A stretch of DNA of 60,228 nucleotides, the filler included, from Basidiobolus ranarum (lineage: Eukaryota), in the NCBI GenBank assembly GCA_040143965.1. It is 4 parts of 4 records of this genome, joined end to end, with 100 filler letters (N's around TTAATTAATTAA, not from the genome) between each part and the next. Parts side by side here need not be neighbours in the genome. Positions count along the whole stretch, not along the records: positions 30,189 to 45,170 come from JASJQH010007277.1; positions 45,271 to 60,228 come from JASJQH010007278.1; 2 more parts are not named here. The stretch is one strand, 5' to 3'. Below, piece by piece: positions 37,422 through 49,770 of this stretch. A model generated the notes under the pieces. That model was not told the DNA's origin. It did no database searches and worked only from the letters and a program-made list of their open reading frames with translations. How positions within the stretch are numbered: position 1 is the stretch's first letter; each line of letters opens with the position of its first letter. The position numbers were made by a program, and so were the translations under genes.

Positions 37422-37673
37422 ATGCGTTTTACCTACTTTGCCGTTCTCTCGATGGTTATCGGAGCTAGCTTTATCGAAGCTGGTAGACAATGTAACAATG
37501 GCTCTAAGGGATGTAAGGCCTGTGTCTGTAACGAGTGGACTGAAACCAGTGCATGCTGTAATGGCGAGTTCAATGGAGGAAACGGAAACTGTGAAGGTAT
37601 CAAGCAAGGAGCCAATGTCAATACTTTCCAAGCCTGTTGCAACCAAATGAGTGGTTTTGGTCGCTGCTGGTAA
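37422..37673 (+). CDS. Secreted 10-Cys peptide, array copy 4
   Basis: Protein identical to copy 2, with synonymous DNA differences. Confidence 0.93.
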   Translation: MRFTYFAVLSMVIGASFIEAGRQCNNGSKGCKACVCNEWTETSACCNGEFNGGNGNCEGIKQGANVNTFQACCNQMSGFGRCW

Positions 37674-38861
37674 TCACGAGATATATCCGGTGCTAGTCAG
37701 ATAATTTTGGCGATAGTTCAGGATTCTAATCAAACCAATAAATTTCTATCTTTCTCAATTGCGCCTCTGATACTTTTATTCCTGCTACTTAAATCTGTTG
37801 CCATTTTTTCTCAAATTCCTGCTTAATATTAAGGTGCAGTATGAATTCAGGTACATCGATAAAGCTTCCAAATGTGGGAAGACACACCAAATAAGCTAGA
37901 AGTCACACCAACATACTATAAAGGATATTTGTTATCTATTTGGTGAGATTAGGAATCTGATCGGGGATGCTCAAAGAAGCAAATAAGGGCATATTTTATC
38001 TTTTACAACAAATGGTATCATTATGCACACTTATTAAACACACTCTTTCTTAAAAAGAATCGTGTGAAAGGTGTGTTAATTCCAAAGGCATACGATTTTC
38101 TTCTGAAGCTCAAATTCAAGTTTTGATGTTATAATAAATCATAAGCGTAAAATGTGATAATTCTCATCTTGTTATCATTTCTGTAGTACCTAGGTGCATT
38201 AAATTGCTATCAGTGACCGCAACAATGTCTATGAACATGATATTGGCCACGACAAATACGCAACTCAGGCTTTCTAAACCATCCAGCTGTTGCTCATTGG
38301 AACTTTGTGGAGACTGAGATGGATGATATAGTGTTTGTCCGTTGTACTTGGTCACACTGATTTGAATCAATCCGATAGAGTATGTATTGCTTGTGCTGAA
38401 TTCCCATAAACTCGATCAAGCAATACCTGATGATGTAATACCTGGCCCAAAACAATCTTTCTCCGGACTATATGGATATGTTATATTCATCACTGAAATA
38501 TTAACCAATCCAACACCAGTATCAGTCTTGCTATTTGCTTTCGGATCACCTCAACCAACCTTCAGTTTCAAGATTTTAAGCTGAAACTAGAAATCTTTAG
38601 ATACACTAAACTTAGACCACTGCCACTTCAATGCATTGATGGTTATTGGAACGTAGTATAGCATACAATATTTGCTTTTCCAGACATGCCTTATGAGTAT
38701 ATCTGCACTCTTGGTCGTATATATATATTAAAATCTTATCTAGTGTTTTATTTTCAAACATAATCCCAACACTCCGAAAAACTAAGGTGCATTTCTGCAA
38801 CAACACTTTGGCATGTAAAATTTATTTCACATTTTGATAGTTCTTTAAAAGAAAATAAGGA

Positions 38862-38933
38862 TGCCTACTGCCGGGATTGAACTGGCGACCTTCAGTTTAC
38901 GAGACTGACGCGCTACCACTGCGCTAAGCAGGC
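38862..38933 (-). tRNA. tRNA-Thr(CGT), identical second copy
   Basis: 72 nt identical to 30649-30720, in the same orientation. Confidence 0.96.
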
Positions 38934-39904
38934 TAGTACATCTCGTTGAGCCTGGTTCCTGAAGTGAGTACAATTTCGGGACTTGATTCACTGATAAATT
39001 GACTGATTAACTTTATTTCGATTGTGCTATTTTTATAGGGTTTATCAGGGGACAACCGAGTGGCATCCCTACCGGATTTGGGAGTGTGATAGATTCAAAA
39101 CTTGCAAACAAAAGTGACAACTCATTTCAAATGTCTTGCAACTCTTATTTGCCATGTTGGTTAGTTTTGAAATTTGTACCTAGAGTAGAATAATATTAGG
39201 GAAGTATCTCCTTAAAATTAAATAACTTTTCATCCAGCGGTTCTGGAGGTATGCCCATTTTTATAACGGTTTCGGTTATTGTCGGATGTGTAGAAAAGAT
39301 AGAAACATAAAATTTGGTGAAGGTTGAGGTTTAGTTATTGAAATGAATGAGACAATACATTGTCTCCGAATTTGCCATCGCTTTTTGTTTAGTGATACAA
39401 TTTCGTAACATTTATTACGAAATTCAATTATATTTCAATCTGATGGCACTTCTCAACTTCGTATTGTATACACTCAATTATCGGTACCTAGTCTCAGTTC
39501 CCATCAAGCCTTACAGTTACTATGCAGCCTATGATTACTCAAACGACGAAAATATATGTATTTCAGAAGTAGACAGATGTAACTTGATCATATCTTGAAG
39601 CAATACTCACAAACTATAATTTACCTTCAGTCAAAATTCTATAGCCAACGAATACCTGTAATAAATGTTACAAAAATTTCATAAATGGATTACCAATTTC
39701 CTACATTAAGTTTGAAATTTTACCCACTATCTGATTGTACATTCACTGAGGGTTATATTATTTTAAAATCGAGTAGTAATTCCCAAATAAATAAAGGAGG
39801 AATGCCTCTTCAACTAACCCTGTCAAAAATGGCATATATGTTTACAGATATGATCAGTCAAGATACGCATTTTTATATATTATATCTGATGCAAGCCAAT
39901 AAAA

Positions 39905-39977
39905 CGACCCGGGTGGGGGTCGAACCCACGACTTTCTCCTCCGGAGGGAGACACTCTTTCCACTGAGCTACAGGGCC
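39905..39977 (-). tRNA. tRNA-Arg(CCG)
   Basis: GGCCCTGTAGCTCAGTGGAAAGAGTGTCTCCCTCCGGAGGAGAAAGTCGTGGGTTCGACCCCCACCCGGGTCG, with anticodon arm TCTCC-CTCCGGA-GGAGA. One T:C mismatch in the acceptor stem. Confidence 0.92.
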
Positions 39978-40509
39978 TTTGCTTAATGGTTTGAGAATCT
40001 AATTTTCAAATTAAGTGGTATATGGCTGCCGCATAAGCTTGTTCCACCAAACTGTTTTCACTTGTCTTCTCACAGGATATGTGTTGATCATCGGGGAAAT
40101 GCATATCCAAAATTGAATACTCCCAATCATAGAAATTTTAGAGATGACAGACTATTAACAAATAGTCCATTATCTCAACAAACCTTGTGTGCCATCATGC
40201 GATTTGGCTATACTTATGTAAAGCCGTATGTATTGGAATGAGGTATGGGGGAAGTTATGGGGCATCAAAAAACCCATTTCAAAGCTCATCACACCTTTAC
40301 AAATCAAAAGTGCACTCCAATTTGAGGTGCTACCAAGCCACCAAATTTGCTCATTCAATTTCAAATTTAACAGCCACCAATTTTGCCTGTATAATTTAGA
40401 GTTATGCTAAAAATTATGAAACAAATAGTTAGTATTTACTTACTAAACTTGTCTTTAAAAATTGCATTAAGCAGGTTTCTGCTTCAACTATAATTTCAGG
40501 ACTGGGTTT

Positions 40510-41045
40510 CATTGAGAAATTAGCTGATAAAGTTATTTCAGTTGTGCTATTTTTATTATAATGAGGAGAAAATAGTGTGATAACTGATATGCCTACAGAT
40601 ATGAAAGCTGTTTATTCAACCCCAGGGAGCAGGGATATTCTCAGATCAACAGGGAGCTACTTGAAGCTGTAAAGTTGATCAAGAAGCTCAAGGTCCAACT
40701 ATATATGACTCACCTCATACTTGAAATAGAAGCTAGACCACTTATTGGGATGATCAACCAACCAGAGCTACCAAAAGATGCCACCAACAATGGATGACTT
40801 CGCTCAAGATGTTTGACTTTGAAGTAGTGCACATACCAGGATAATAAATGTTATTGCTGATAGACTATCAAGAATGGGACCAAGACTATGTGAGATACAC
40901 TCTAACAACATCTTTGAAGATTCATTGGATCCCCAGCAATTCAGAAACCTTAGGAGGAAAGCCCATTACTTTCTTGTGAAGGATGGACTACTTTTCAAGT
41001 GGTCCAAGGCAGGACAAGTACCAAGGAGAATTATCTTTGACCAAT
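40510..41045 (+). mobile_element. Ty3/Gypsy pol fragment (RNase H and pre-integrase region), degenerate
   Basis: FNPREQGYSQINRELL..LIGMINQP..FDFEVVHIPG..NVIADRLSR, then YFLVKDGLLFK..PRRII. Confidence 0.8.
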
Positions 41046-43299
41046 GAAGGCTTGATTTTACCTGAATATTTCATAACTTTGTGGATTATTCTACAACTTT
41101 CTGGAGTATTCCATGCATTGCTAATCATTTGATTTAGGATGACATCATATTCCCAGATCCCTACTAATTGAATTCTCTGAAACTTTCCATAAATTCTCAT
41201 TAGTGAGCAATTTTATCTTCAGCAAGGTATAAATAGGATCTATATCTTTTTAATAAAAATCATCCTGGTCTTGAACTAACAATTACTACTTGTGATCCCC
41301 CTTAGTTTCATACCAGTTGCTGTGTGACTAGAAAGGATTTGACTGACTCAAAGGAAGTACTGACAGGTAAGTGTTATATTTCTGCTACTTTATTTATTTT
41401 GATGCAAGACCTTCTGAATGCTGTGCTTGAGCTCCAGCAACATGCTGCTCCCCCCATTCCTTCTCATACCAGATTTTGATCAATCCCACTTCATATATAA
41501 GAATGTCACTATGACAATCTAGCAGTGCTGAATGTATGTTGAACAATTTAGCCTGCATAACAACCCAAAGTTGCTTTGGCACATGAAAGTAGAAATCTCA
41601 TAGAAAGACCAGCAAGCCAAAACACTCTGAATGTCAGAGCTGCTGTCACTTGCTCTGATGATGATTGGCTTAACACCTTGGAGACTGTGTGGAATCTTGC
41701 CCAAAATCACCTCAATTTGAGCAATTTGTGGAAAAGTCAAAGACCAGACTTTGCTCCAAATGTTCTAGACCTATTTCATGTAGCATGTCCTGGGTTTTTT
41801 GCAAGAAGTGGCTATTGGGCTAGTAGAGGCCTATTCATTCAACATCTCAAAAATGTACACAATAAATGACTTGGAAAAGAAAGAAAAGCAGCCAAAGCTG
41901 TACTGAAGGAGCAGGAAGTTATTAATCCAGGGGAAGAGCAAAGGAGCCAGTGACTGTTGCTCTACTGTCCCACTTACCAATTTCTTCACACTATTAGAAA
42001 GACTAGCATTTTCTGAGTTGGAAATCACAGCAGATGTACTGTCAAAAAGTCTTGACTTACCATGAAACCAAGAACACCAGTTGCAACAGTTCTAAAGTCA
42101 GAAGTTTATCCAACACCTGGCACCTCTTAACAAGGTAAAACACCAGCAAATAAAATTCAAGGCCTCCAACTTTAGCTGGTACTTTTCAAAGTGTTGAAAT
42201 TGGCTCCACACTGAAAGGCAAGCAAAAACCTACCTAAACACTGCAAAGCACACTATGTAGTGACTGAGTACCAGCATGTAAAAAATTAGTCATAGTGTTT
42301 GAAGAGTATTTTCTAAATTATGGTGTACAGAATGTAGTGCAAGTATGCAGCAAGTGAATTTAGAAGAAGAATATTCAACTTGACATTCAGTCTGGTTTTG
42401 ACCATGCAGATATCTGGGAGGAACTTGATATAGATTGGCACAATTTTATAGAGTATCAGCCAAATGGCTGGAAGAATTTTGATTCAGGAATGTTAAAACA
42501 AAGGTTGGCTTTGAAGGATATACCAATACAAACATGTGTTGGATATGAGCTAAACCTTGGGTATGTAGTACTCTATAATAAAATTCAAGATAATATATCA
42601 AAGTAACTATTGATTCCAAAGGTGACAATTAGCATTCAAGTGGTAAACATGTAAAATTTGGGTTATATTTCTTTCACATGTATTGATCCATAGTTTTCTG
42701 ACAGTATAGCCACTTATGTGCAACTCTATTGCTAGATCTTTGAATTTTACTCTTGAAATTGAAAAAGTGATTAAAATCAAATCTAACTTGATAATTTTAT
42801 GATGGTAAGTAAATGGTCAACCCAAAGTGGATTAAAATTGTGATGGTTTTTACAACAGTAACTATCCTCAAAACTCTGCTAGGGTGTTACCAAACTTGCA
42901 TACCATTCCTTAGCTTCATTATGATAAAAGCTAGCAAGAAAATGTTTAATATATTATGTAGCTGAATAGTAAAGTTCTATGTAGCTATCATAAAATTGAA
43001 AACCAGCTATATCAGTAAAGAAATTACACAAACTTATTCAGCTCTTTGGTACCATTTCAAAATTTTGCCATATTGACTGTGTCTCATGATATTGCTTAAG
43101 AGATGGAATGCAAAGCTGTTCCATATCCACTAAGCAGTATTCTTTGTGCTACAAAGGAATCTATTCTTGTGAACAGCGCAACTGAATCTCTGATCCAGCT
43201 GGACATAGCCTAGTAAATTTACATGGAACACTTGAGTACTCTTTGCCTGAAAGAAAAATGAAAATTTTAAATTTTGTGTGGTTTACAGAGCTCTGAATA

Positions 43300-45170
43300 T
43301 CTTATGGTAATAATTTTGTATCCACTACCTACAATTAATTGTTTATTTACTCAACTTGGTAATGTTAGAATTTTCTTCAAAACTGACTTGATCAAGATCA
43401 AATTGGTGAATACCCCACAATTTTTGTTAAATACCAGATAATGACATTAAGAGTTTGTGGCAATGAGCTTTGGCCTTACTAATGCACCAGCCACATTGCT
43501 GACTCTGATAAAATTTATTCTTGAGTCCTATCTGTGCAAGCCTCTTCTGATATATTTATATAGTATCTTTATGAACCAACTCTTGATGAATATCTATACC
43601 ATTTAGAGATCATATCAGGTAAATTGAAAGAACACAAGCTATCTGCCCAATTACTAAAATGTGAACTTTTATCCAGGTCGGTAGAGTTCCTAGGTCATCT
43701 AATTACAGACAAGGAACATTGCATGGATCATGCCAAGAATGAAGCTATTAAAGATTGGAAGCCTCAAAACCTCTTACTGAAATGAGATCTTTATGAGGCC
43801 TTGTTTCTTATTATAGAAGCTTTATTAAACACTGTGCTTCAATTGCTGCTACTTTGACAGACCTCATAATGAAGAAAATGACTGTGATTAGACCCAAAGT
43901 TGTGAAACAGCATCTTAGACCTTGAGGGATGAGTTACTTATAGCTCTAGTGCTACAGCTACCAGACTATTCTATTCCTTTTGCCTATATATAGAGGTGTC
44001 TGGCTTTGCTACTGGATGTGTACTTGTCCAAAATGGACATTCATTTGCCAATGAGTTGAGGAAACTTTCCAGTACAGAGAAAAACTATCCAGCCCATGAG
44101 TAGCTAGATTTCATACCTGAATAGCTTTCTACACAAGCTCTGCCATCAAAGATTTCACAAAATATGGCAGCTTTTGTTGAGAGAAAAGCTGTGCACTTTA
44201 CCTTTGGAGAACATTTAGTCTTATACAGATATATAGAGGAAATTGGGCCAGCTTTGTATGTATGTTTGTCCCTAGAAATGATAAAATTAATTATTGTCAT
44301 AAGTTATTTGGCCATATAGGCACTTAAAGACCTTGTGCCATAATGAAAAAAGGTAGGTGGCCAAAACTTAAGAAATTCTTAACAAACAGGTTGAAATCTT
44401 GCCCAGAGCACCAACTTGCAAGGCCTTATGATCAAAATCATGCCTTTTTAGAATCCATTGCTCCTGTTCCAGCCTTCTACAGCTGGGGAATTGACTTGAT
44501 TGGTACACTAGCACCAAGTGCAAATGAGAATGGCTGGAATAATACTTCTATCAATTGTACTACTAAGTGGATTGATGCAAAAGCAATGCCTTCAGTCACT
44601 GCCAAGAATACAGCAATGTTTGTTTACTTAAAAATCTCCATGCTGCTTGATTGACCTGCTGAGATCTTTTCTGATACAGAAGCCAACTTTTTGAAGCAAA
44701 CAATTATTGAATAAATACAGTTAATGGGAGTCTAACATTTGAAAGCATCTGAGTATCATCCAAGAACTAATAGAGTAACAGAATGATTTAATGGATTCTT
44801 TGGACAAATGCTTGCCACATATGTCAAAGATGCTAAACACAAATGGAGGACTATATTCATCAAGCATTCATTGCTTCAAAAATCAGAATCTGCTCAGCAA
44901 CTCAAGTATTTTTGTTCTTCTTAGTGTAGAACTCTGAACCTAGAATTCCTGATGATACCCTGCCATCATATATATGGGATATAAAACTTTCTGAAGACTT
45001 AGCAGAATTTAGAAAAAGAAAATTTGAAGAATTAATCTATACAAGATTTATTACATGCCAAAATCTTCAGAAACAAGCAGAACTGAGGAATGAAAGACAT
45101 GATCAGAAAATAACAAGAAAAATGCTAGATGCAAGTATATATATCCTGATCAGAAATGAAAATAGGGATA
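43300..45170 (+). mobile_element. Degenerate Ty3/Gypsy LTR retrotransposon pol (RT, RNase H, integrase)
   Basis: MSFGLTNAPAT, KCELLSRSVEFLGHLI, GLVSYYRSFI, LQLPDYSIPF, KLSSTEKNYPAHE, WGIDLIG..TKWIDAKA and YHPRTN occur in Gypsy domain order, with many stops and frameshifts. Confidence 0.92.
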
Positions 45171-45270
45171 NNNNNNNNNNNNNNNNNNNNNNNNNNNNNN
45201 NNNNNNNNNNNNNNTTAATTAATTAANNNNNNNNNNNNNNNNNNNNNNNNNNNNNNNNNNNNNNNNNNNN
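45171..45270. other. Artificial contig linker
   Basis: N44-TTAATTAATTAA-N44. Confidence 0.98.
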
Positions 45271-45375
45271 CAAAACTATAAATGTCAACTTTCTACTCAA
45301 TAAATCAATAAGTGAAAACCACCAATTCCTCTAATTCTCCAAACCACTTCCAACAGGCTCCCAAATACTTTAACA
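45271..45375 (+). mobile_element. Probable LTR 3' end at the contig start
   Basis: Matches 14705-14808 and ends CTTTAACA. Confidence 0.65.
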
Positions 45376-45777
45376 GAATATAGGGGCTATAGATACATTG
45401 CTTTCTGTTTCTGACATATGCATCATAACTAAAGTTAACTATGATGTTGAATAAAGATTAATTATCCAACAATTTCTTGTATTAATATCAAGTATATTAA
45501 GTGTATATATATAGTTGCTACTAAAATTGTTAAATAGAGTAGCCATTAGCAATGAATATGATAAATTTCAGATCATTTCCAGACTAGGTATTCCTGTGCA
45601 AATAAATGTACTGGAAACCTATTTAGTACTAAGTTATTAGCAGAAATATTTGTAGAAAAGAATAGATGAGTATTGAATATTTATTTGAAGATATTTATGT
45701 ATCAGGAGAGGATATAGAAAAATATAGGGTATAATATTGTCATCTAGAAAAGGTTCATTACAGGAAATCTAATGAAA

Positions 45778-46236
45778 TCAAATGAAATTACCAATGAAAA
45801 GTGACATTACTAGGATACCAGGAATGACACCAAACGATTTCAAAGAATTACCATCGTTGCGGTTCACTATAGTGGTGGGTGTGGATGTACTACGACTAGT
45901 TGAAGCTTTGGAAGATCCACTTTGGCTTGATAGGTTGGTAGCTGTGAGAGACCCAGAAACAGTAGCTACTGAGGACGGAATGGTAGTGGTGGGAGCAGTT
46001 GCTGAGCTAGCAGTGGAAGTGGGGCTCGATGCAGAGCTGATACTGGAGGGAGTTACAGACACATCGTTGACAGAACTAGTTGGTAGTTCGTTCACATCTG
46101 CAGTAGTTGTTGGTACCACAGTCTCACTGGGTGTTGGCGTAGCGAGCTCAGATAGAGAGCTGGATAAGCCGGTGATGTCCTGTGATAGAACGGAGCAAAC
46201 TAAGCTCAAGGAGATAAGACTGTAAGAGAAACGCAT
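45778..46236 (-). CDS. Ser/Thr-rich GPI-anchored-type cell wall protein
   Basis: Signal MRFSYSLISLSLVCSVLS, an S/T-rich body, then NDG and a hydrophobic tail FGVIPGILVMSLFIGNFI. Confidence 0.88.
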   Translation of the reverse strand: MRFSYSLISLSLVCSVLSQDITGLSSSLSELATPTPSETVVPTTTADVNELPTSSVNDVSVTPSSISSASSPTSTASSATAPTTTIPSSVATVSGSLTATNLSSQSGSSKASTSRSTSTPTTIVNRNDGNSLKSFGVIPGILVMSLFIGNFI

Positions 46237-46700
46237 GTTGAAGGAAGTGTTGTTGTATGATGTGATGAGTGCTTGTTTCGATATAGCGTTGGTCATGTCC
46301 TATTTATACTTCGTGGTGTGGCTCAGATGGAATACAACAATAGCATTTTGTTGCATCGGAGATTTAATATATGCAGGACGGGCGGTGATACTGACAGTAA
46401 CAATAAACAAGAGAGAGCTAATAATGAAATATGAACAATATGAGACAGAATCTCGCGTTTCTCAAATAGCCTAAGATCAAGAATAGATTGAATGCATGAA
46501 TTGATTTAGTCGAGATCAACAGTCTACCTTTCTTCACTTTAATCAAGTAAAAAAAAATTTTCTCTTAATTCCTTAGGGATTACGTCGAATTATGATTGAA
46601 ATTATTTATTAAAAAATCGGGAACTTCACTTTTCTTCACCCTTCTGTAGTAAACACGTAAAATTTCCCTCCGACCTTATTCATACAGTTGAAGTGAAAAG

Positions 46701-47474
46701 ATGAAATTAGTGAGGTTAGTGTATATTCTTGAGAGATATTCCCTTGATTCACTTTATGAGAGCCGAATCGGTGGTTAAAGAAGTGAAGAAGATTCAGTAA
46801 CAAATGGAACTCGTTATTTTTCCCAACCATGATTCACGTTGGTTGTTTATCGAATCACGCGAATCTAAGAAAGCGGCCACTTTTTAATTGAAGTGTTCTA
46901 TTATTATTGTTTTCACTTCTTCAAGCAGCCTTCTTTATATCTCCCTTCTCAATCTACCAGTATCTTATCTTCGGATTGAATATCAAAATCTCTTTTCGCT
47001 CCAGAGATTTTTGCTCTGTTTACACAATCGACTAACACAGTTTACTTTTGGATATATAGGTTTTTGATGAAGCTTAGTAATGAAACTGTTACTATAGAGT
47101 TAAAAAATGGTACAGTGGTTCATGGAACCATCTCAGGTAACTATTTCTTCCATCAAGTACCTTCCAAGTAGAATTATTTATTGACTAACGTGGTTTACTG
47201 TTTAGGGGTTGATATGAGTATGAACACACACTTAAAGACTGTCAAGATGACCGTTAAAAACAAAGATCCGGTCAACTTGGACTCCTTGAGTATTCGTGGC
47301 AACAACATCCGCTATTACATTCTCCCAGATAGTTTACCTTTGGATACCTTGTTGGTCGATGATTCTCCCAAGGCTAAAGGAAAGAAGAAGGAGGCTACTG
47401 TAGTGGCAGCACGTGGTCGCGGTCGTGGTCGTGCTACTCGTGGTGGCGGCGGCGGTGGTCGTGGTAGACGTTAG
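46701..47474 (+). CDS. SMD1: Small nuclear ribonucleoprotein Sm D1 (3 exons)
   Basis: [62 protein letters not shown] with an RG-rich tail. Intron 1 spans 46715-47059. Confidence 0.97.
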
Positions 47475-47714
47475 AGATTAGTGATTAAATCATCCAAACA
47501 AGATTAAATTTTCCATTTCCCATCTCTTTTACTTTCCAAAGTAGTTTTCATTGATATTGCACCATTGAATGCATATTATAGAAGCCAATTTTTGTCAGTT
47601 CACCGCTATCACAAATGTGAGTAGGGAATCAACGACCTTTGATTAAATAATTTTATCTGTAAAATTCTTATAATAAAAGAGAACATGCAAGTGAATGAAA
47701 TGTAAAATAAGAAT

Positions 47715-49468
47715 TTAAAGTCGACAATGACCGACATATCTTGGATGGGGAATGAGATCTCTGATGCTCTCCATCCCAGAGATATACTGAATGTATCTCT
47801 CGAACCCAAGACCAAAGCCACCATGGGGCACGGTGCCATACTTCCGAAGATCAAGGTACCATTGATACTCTTCGGGGCTGAGGTTGCAGTCAGTCAATTG
47901 CTTGTACAGTTGATCATAGCGCTCTTCTCTCATGCTGCCACCGATCAGCTCGCCAACTCCAGGCACCAGAAGATCGACACAGCTCACTGTCTTCTCGTCC
48001 GGGTTAACCCTCATATAGAATGGTTTGAGCTCTTTAGGGTAATCGGTGACAAACACCGGCCCATCACAATATTCACTGGCTAGCCACTTCTCGTGTTCAC
48101 TTTGAAGTCCATTGCCCCACTTGGGCTCGAATTGAAAGACTTGACTAGAGTTCTTTAGGATTTCTATAGCCTCGGTGTAGGTCATTCTGGAGAAATCTTT
48201 GGACAGAACATTCTCTATACGCGAGTTAACCCCTTTGTTGATCCATTGATTGAAGAAGTTGAGGTCATCTTGGGAGCTCTCCGCGATAGATTTGGTGGTT
48301 TGTCGGATGCATGATTCAGTAAAGTCTAGCAATTCATCCAGTCCATCTAGAAACGAGATCTCCGCTTCCAACATCCAAAACTCTGATAAGTGTCGGGAGG
48401 TGAGCGATTCTTCGGCGCGGAATGCTGGGTTAATGGTGTAGACCCTAGACATTGCGCATGCCATGATCTCTAAGTGAAGTTGTCCCGATACAGTCAAATA
48501 AGCTGGATGATCAAAGAATTCTGATGGAGCGGGTGGTGAAGACGTTTGCTTAGCCCTGTCAGGGTGTGATCGATTACCACTCACCTGGAATACTTCACCG
48601 CCACCTTCACAGTCATGTGAGGTGATAATTGGAGTGTGAACTTGTATACAGTCTTGTGACTACAATCATACGAAAAAAAGAGACGTAAGTAATTACACGT
48701 GGGGGCTCAAGTATCCTATAATTCCATACTTGAAAGAAGTTTTGAAACCCAAGAATAGCGGAATTACGAAGTCTCATCACTGCATTCATGGTTTTGGTTC
48801 TAGTACGTAAATGGGGTAGTTCACGTAGAAACTCGTTAGTGTGGCGTTTCTTCTGAAGGGGATATGTCTATATGGAATATCAAGTGGTTATTATTCACTT
48901 TGTTCGCGAGGATACCGGTGAAGTTCAACTTTGCTTTACAAACCTCATCACAAGAGCCAATAATATGAATATCATCCACCTGGAGTTCTTTTTCTTGCTC
49001 TTTTCCTGGACTCTCTACGAGCACACCTTTTAATTGTACACAGGTGCCAGATATTAAACTGCGGTGGGGGTAAACGAAAAAAACGTTGGTAACAGCTTAA
49101 ATGTAACAAGATAGTTTGTAATGTAAAAACACGGGTCTCGTAACATACCCCTTCGCTTGTTCACTTGGTATGATTGCCTGAATGCCTTTGAGAGAAGAGC
49201 CATCGGAGATCTCAGCGAACGCAATCTGCTTTTGTTTACGTACAGTTCTAACCCAACCGTTTACCTTCACTTCGTTACCGACTTGTTTATTTAGAAGAAT
49301 ACTCTTGATGGTTTTGTCTCTCAACGGAGAGCTCAAGTTAAAGGTACTACTATTTCGGAGTGCTCTACCAGTTTCTATTATTCCATTTTTAAAGAAACTT
49401 CCTGACCTCCTTTTTGTGTATAATGATAGTGTCGACTGAAACATTGATGAAAAAGTGTTCAAGTTCAT
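47715..49468 (-). CDS. SLM5: Asparaginyl-tRNA synthetase, mitochondrial type (spliced)
   Basis: Presequence, OB fold (VNGWVRTVRKQK, DGSSLKGIQ), YLTVSGQLHLE, FRAEESLTSRHLSEFWMLEAE and YGTVPHGGFGLGFER. Confidence 0.94.
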
Positions 49469-49770
49469 TTGGTCGCATAATTTCTTGACTACATCAAAAT
49501 TTTATTTTCATTTTAATCGGGATTTTCTCGAGTCCATATAGAGCAGTCCCCCAAGGTCATGTGGTCAAGATGGGATGAAATCCTTGATGAACTGAATAGA
49601 GTTGATAAGATATGAGATGAGATGTAGAAATAGTACAAGAAATAGTACAATAATTTATGATACATTCTGTTCTAATTGAGGGGAGACTGGTAGCTGATTC
49701 CATGGAAATGTTAGAGGTTGAACTAAACAAACAAAAGTGTCCTTGAAATTGAAAGAGAGGAATGCTGCGT

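Noticed and set aside
33894-37650. Repeated antisense and alternative-frame ORFs over the peptide genes
   Set aside because: Shadows of the conserved sense CDS, with inconsistent starts and ends among copies.
41402-42200. Stop-interrupted reading frame between Gypsy fragments
   Set aside because: CpG-depleted and probably TE-derived, but no identifiable domain.
43300-45375. Gypsy pol followed by an LTR end, as one continuous element
   Set aside because: An artificial linker between size-sorted contigs separates them, so adjacency is not evidence of linkage.
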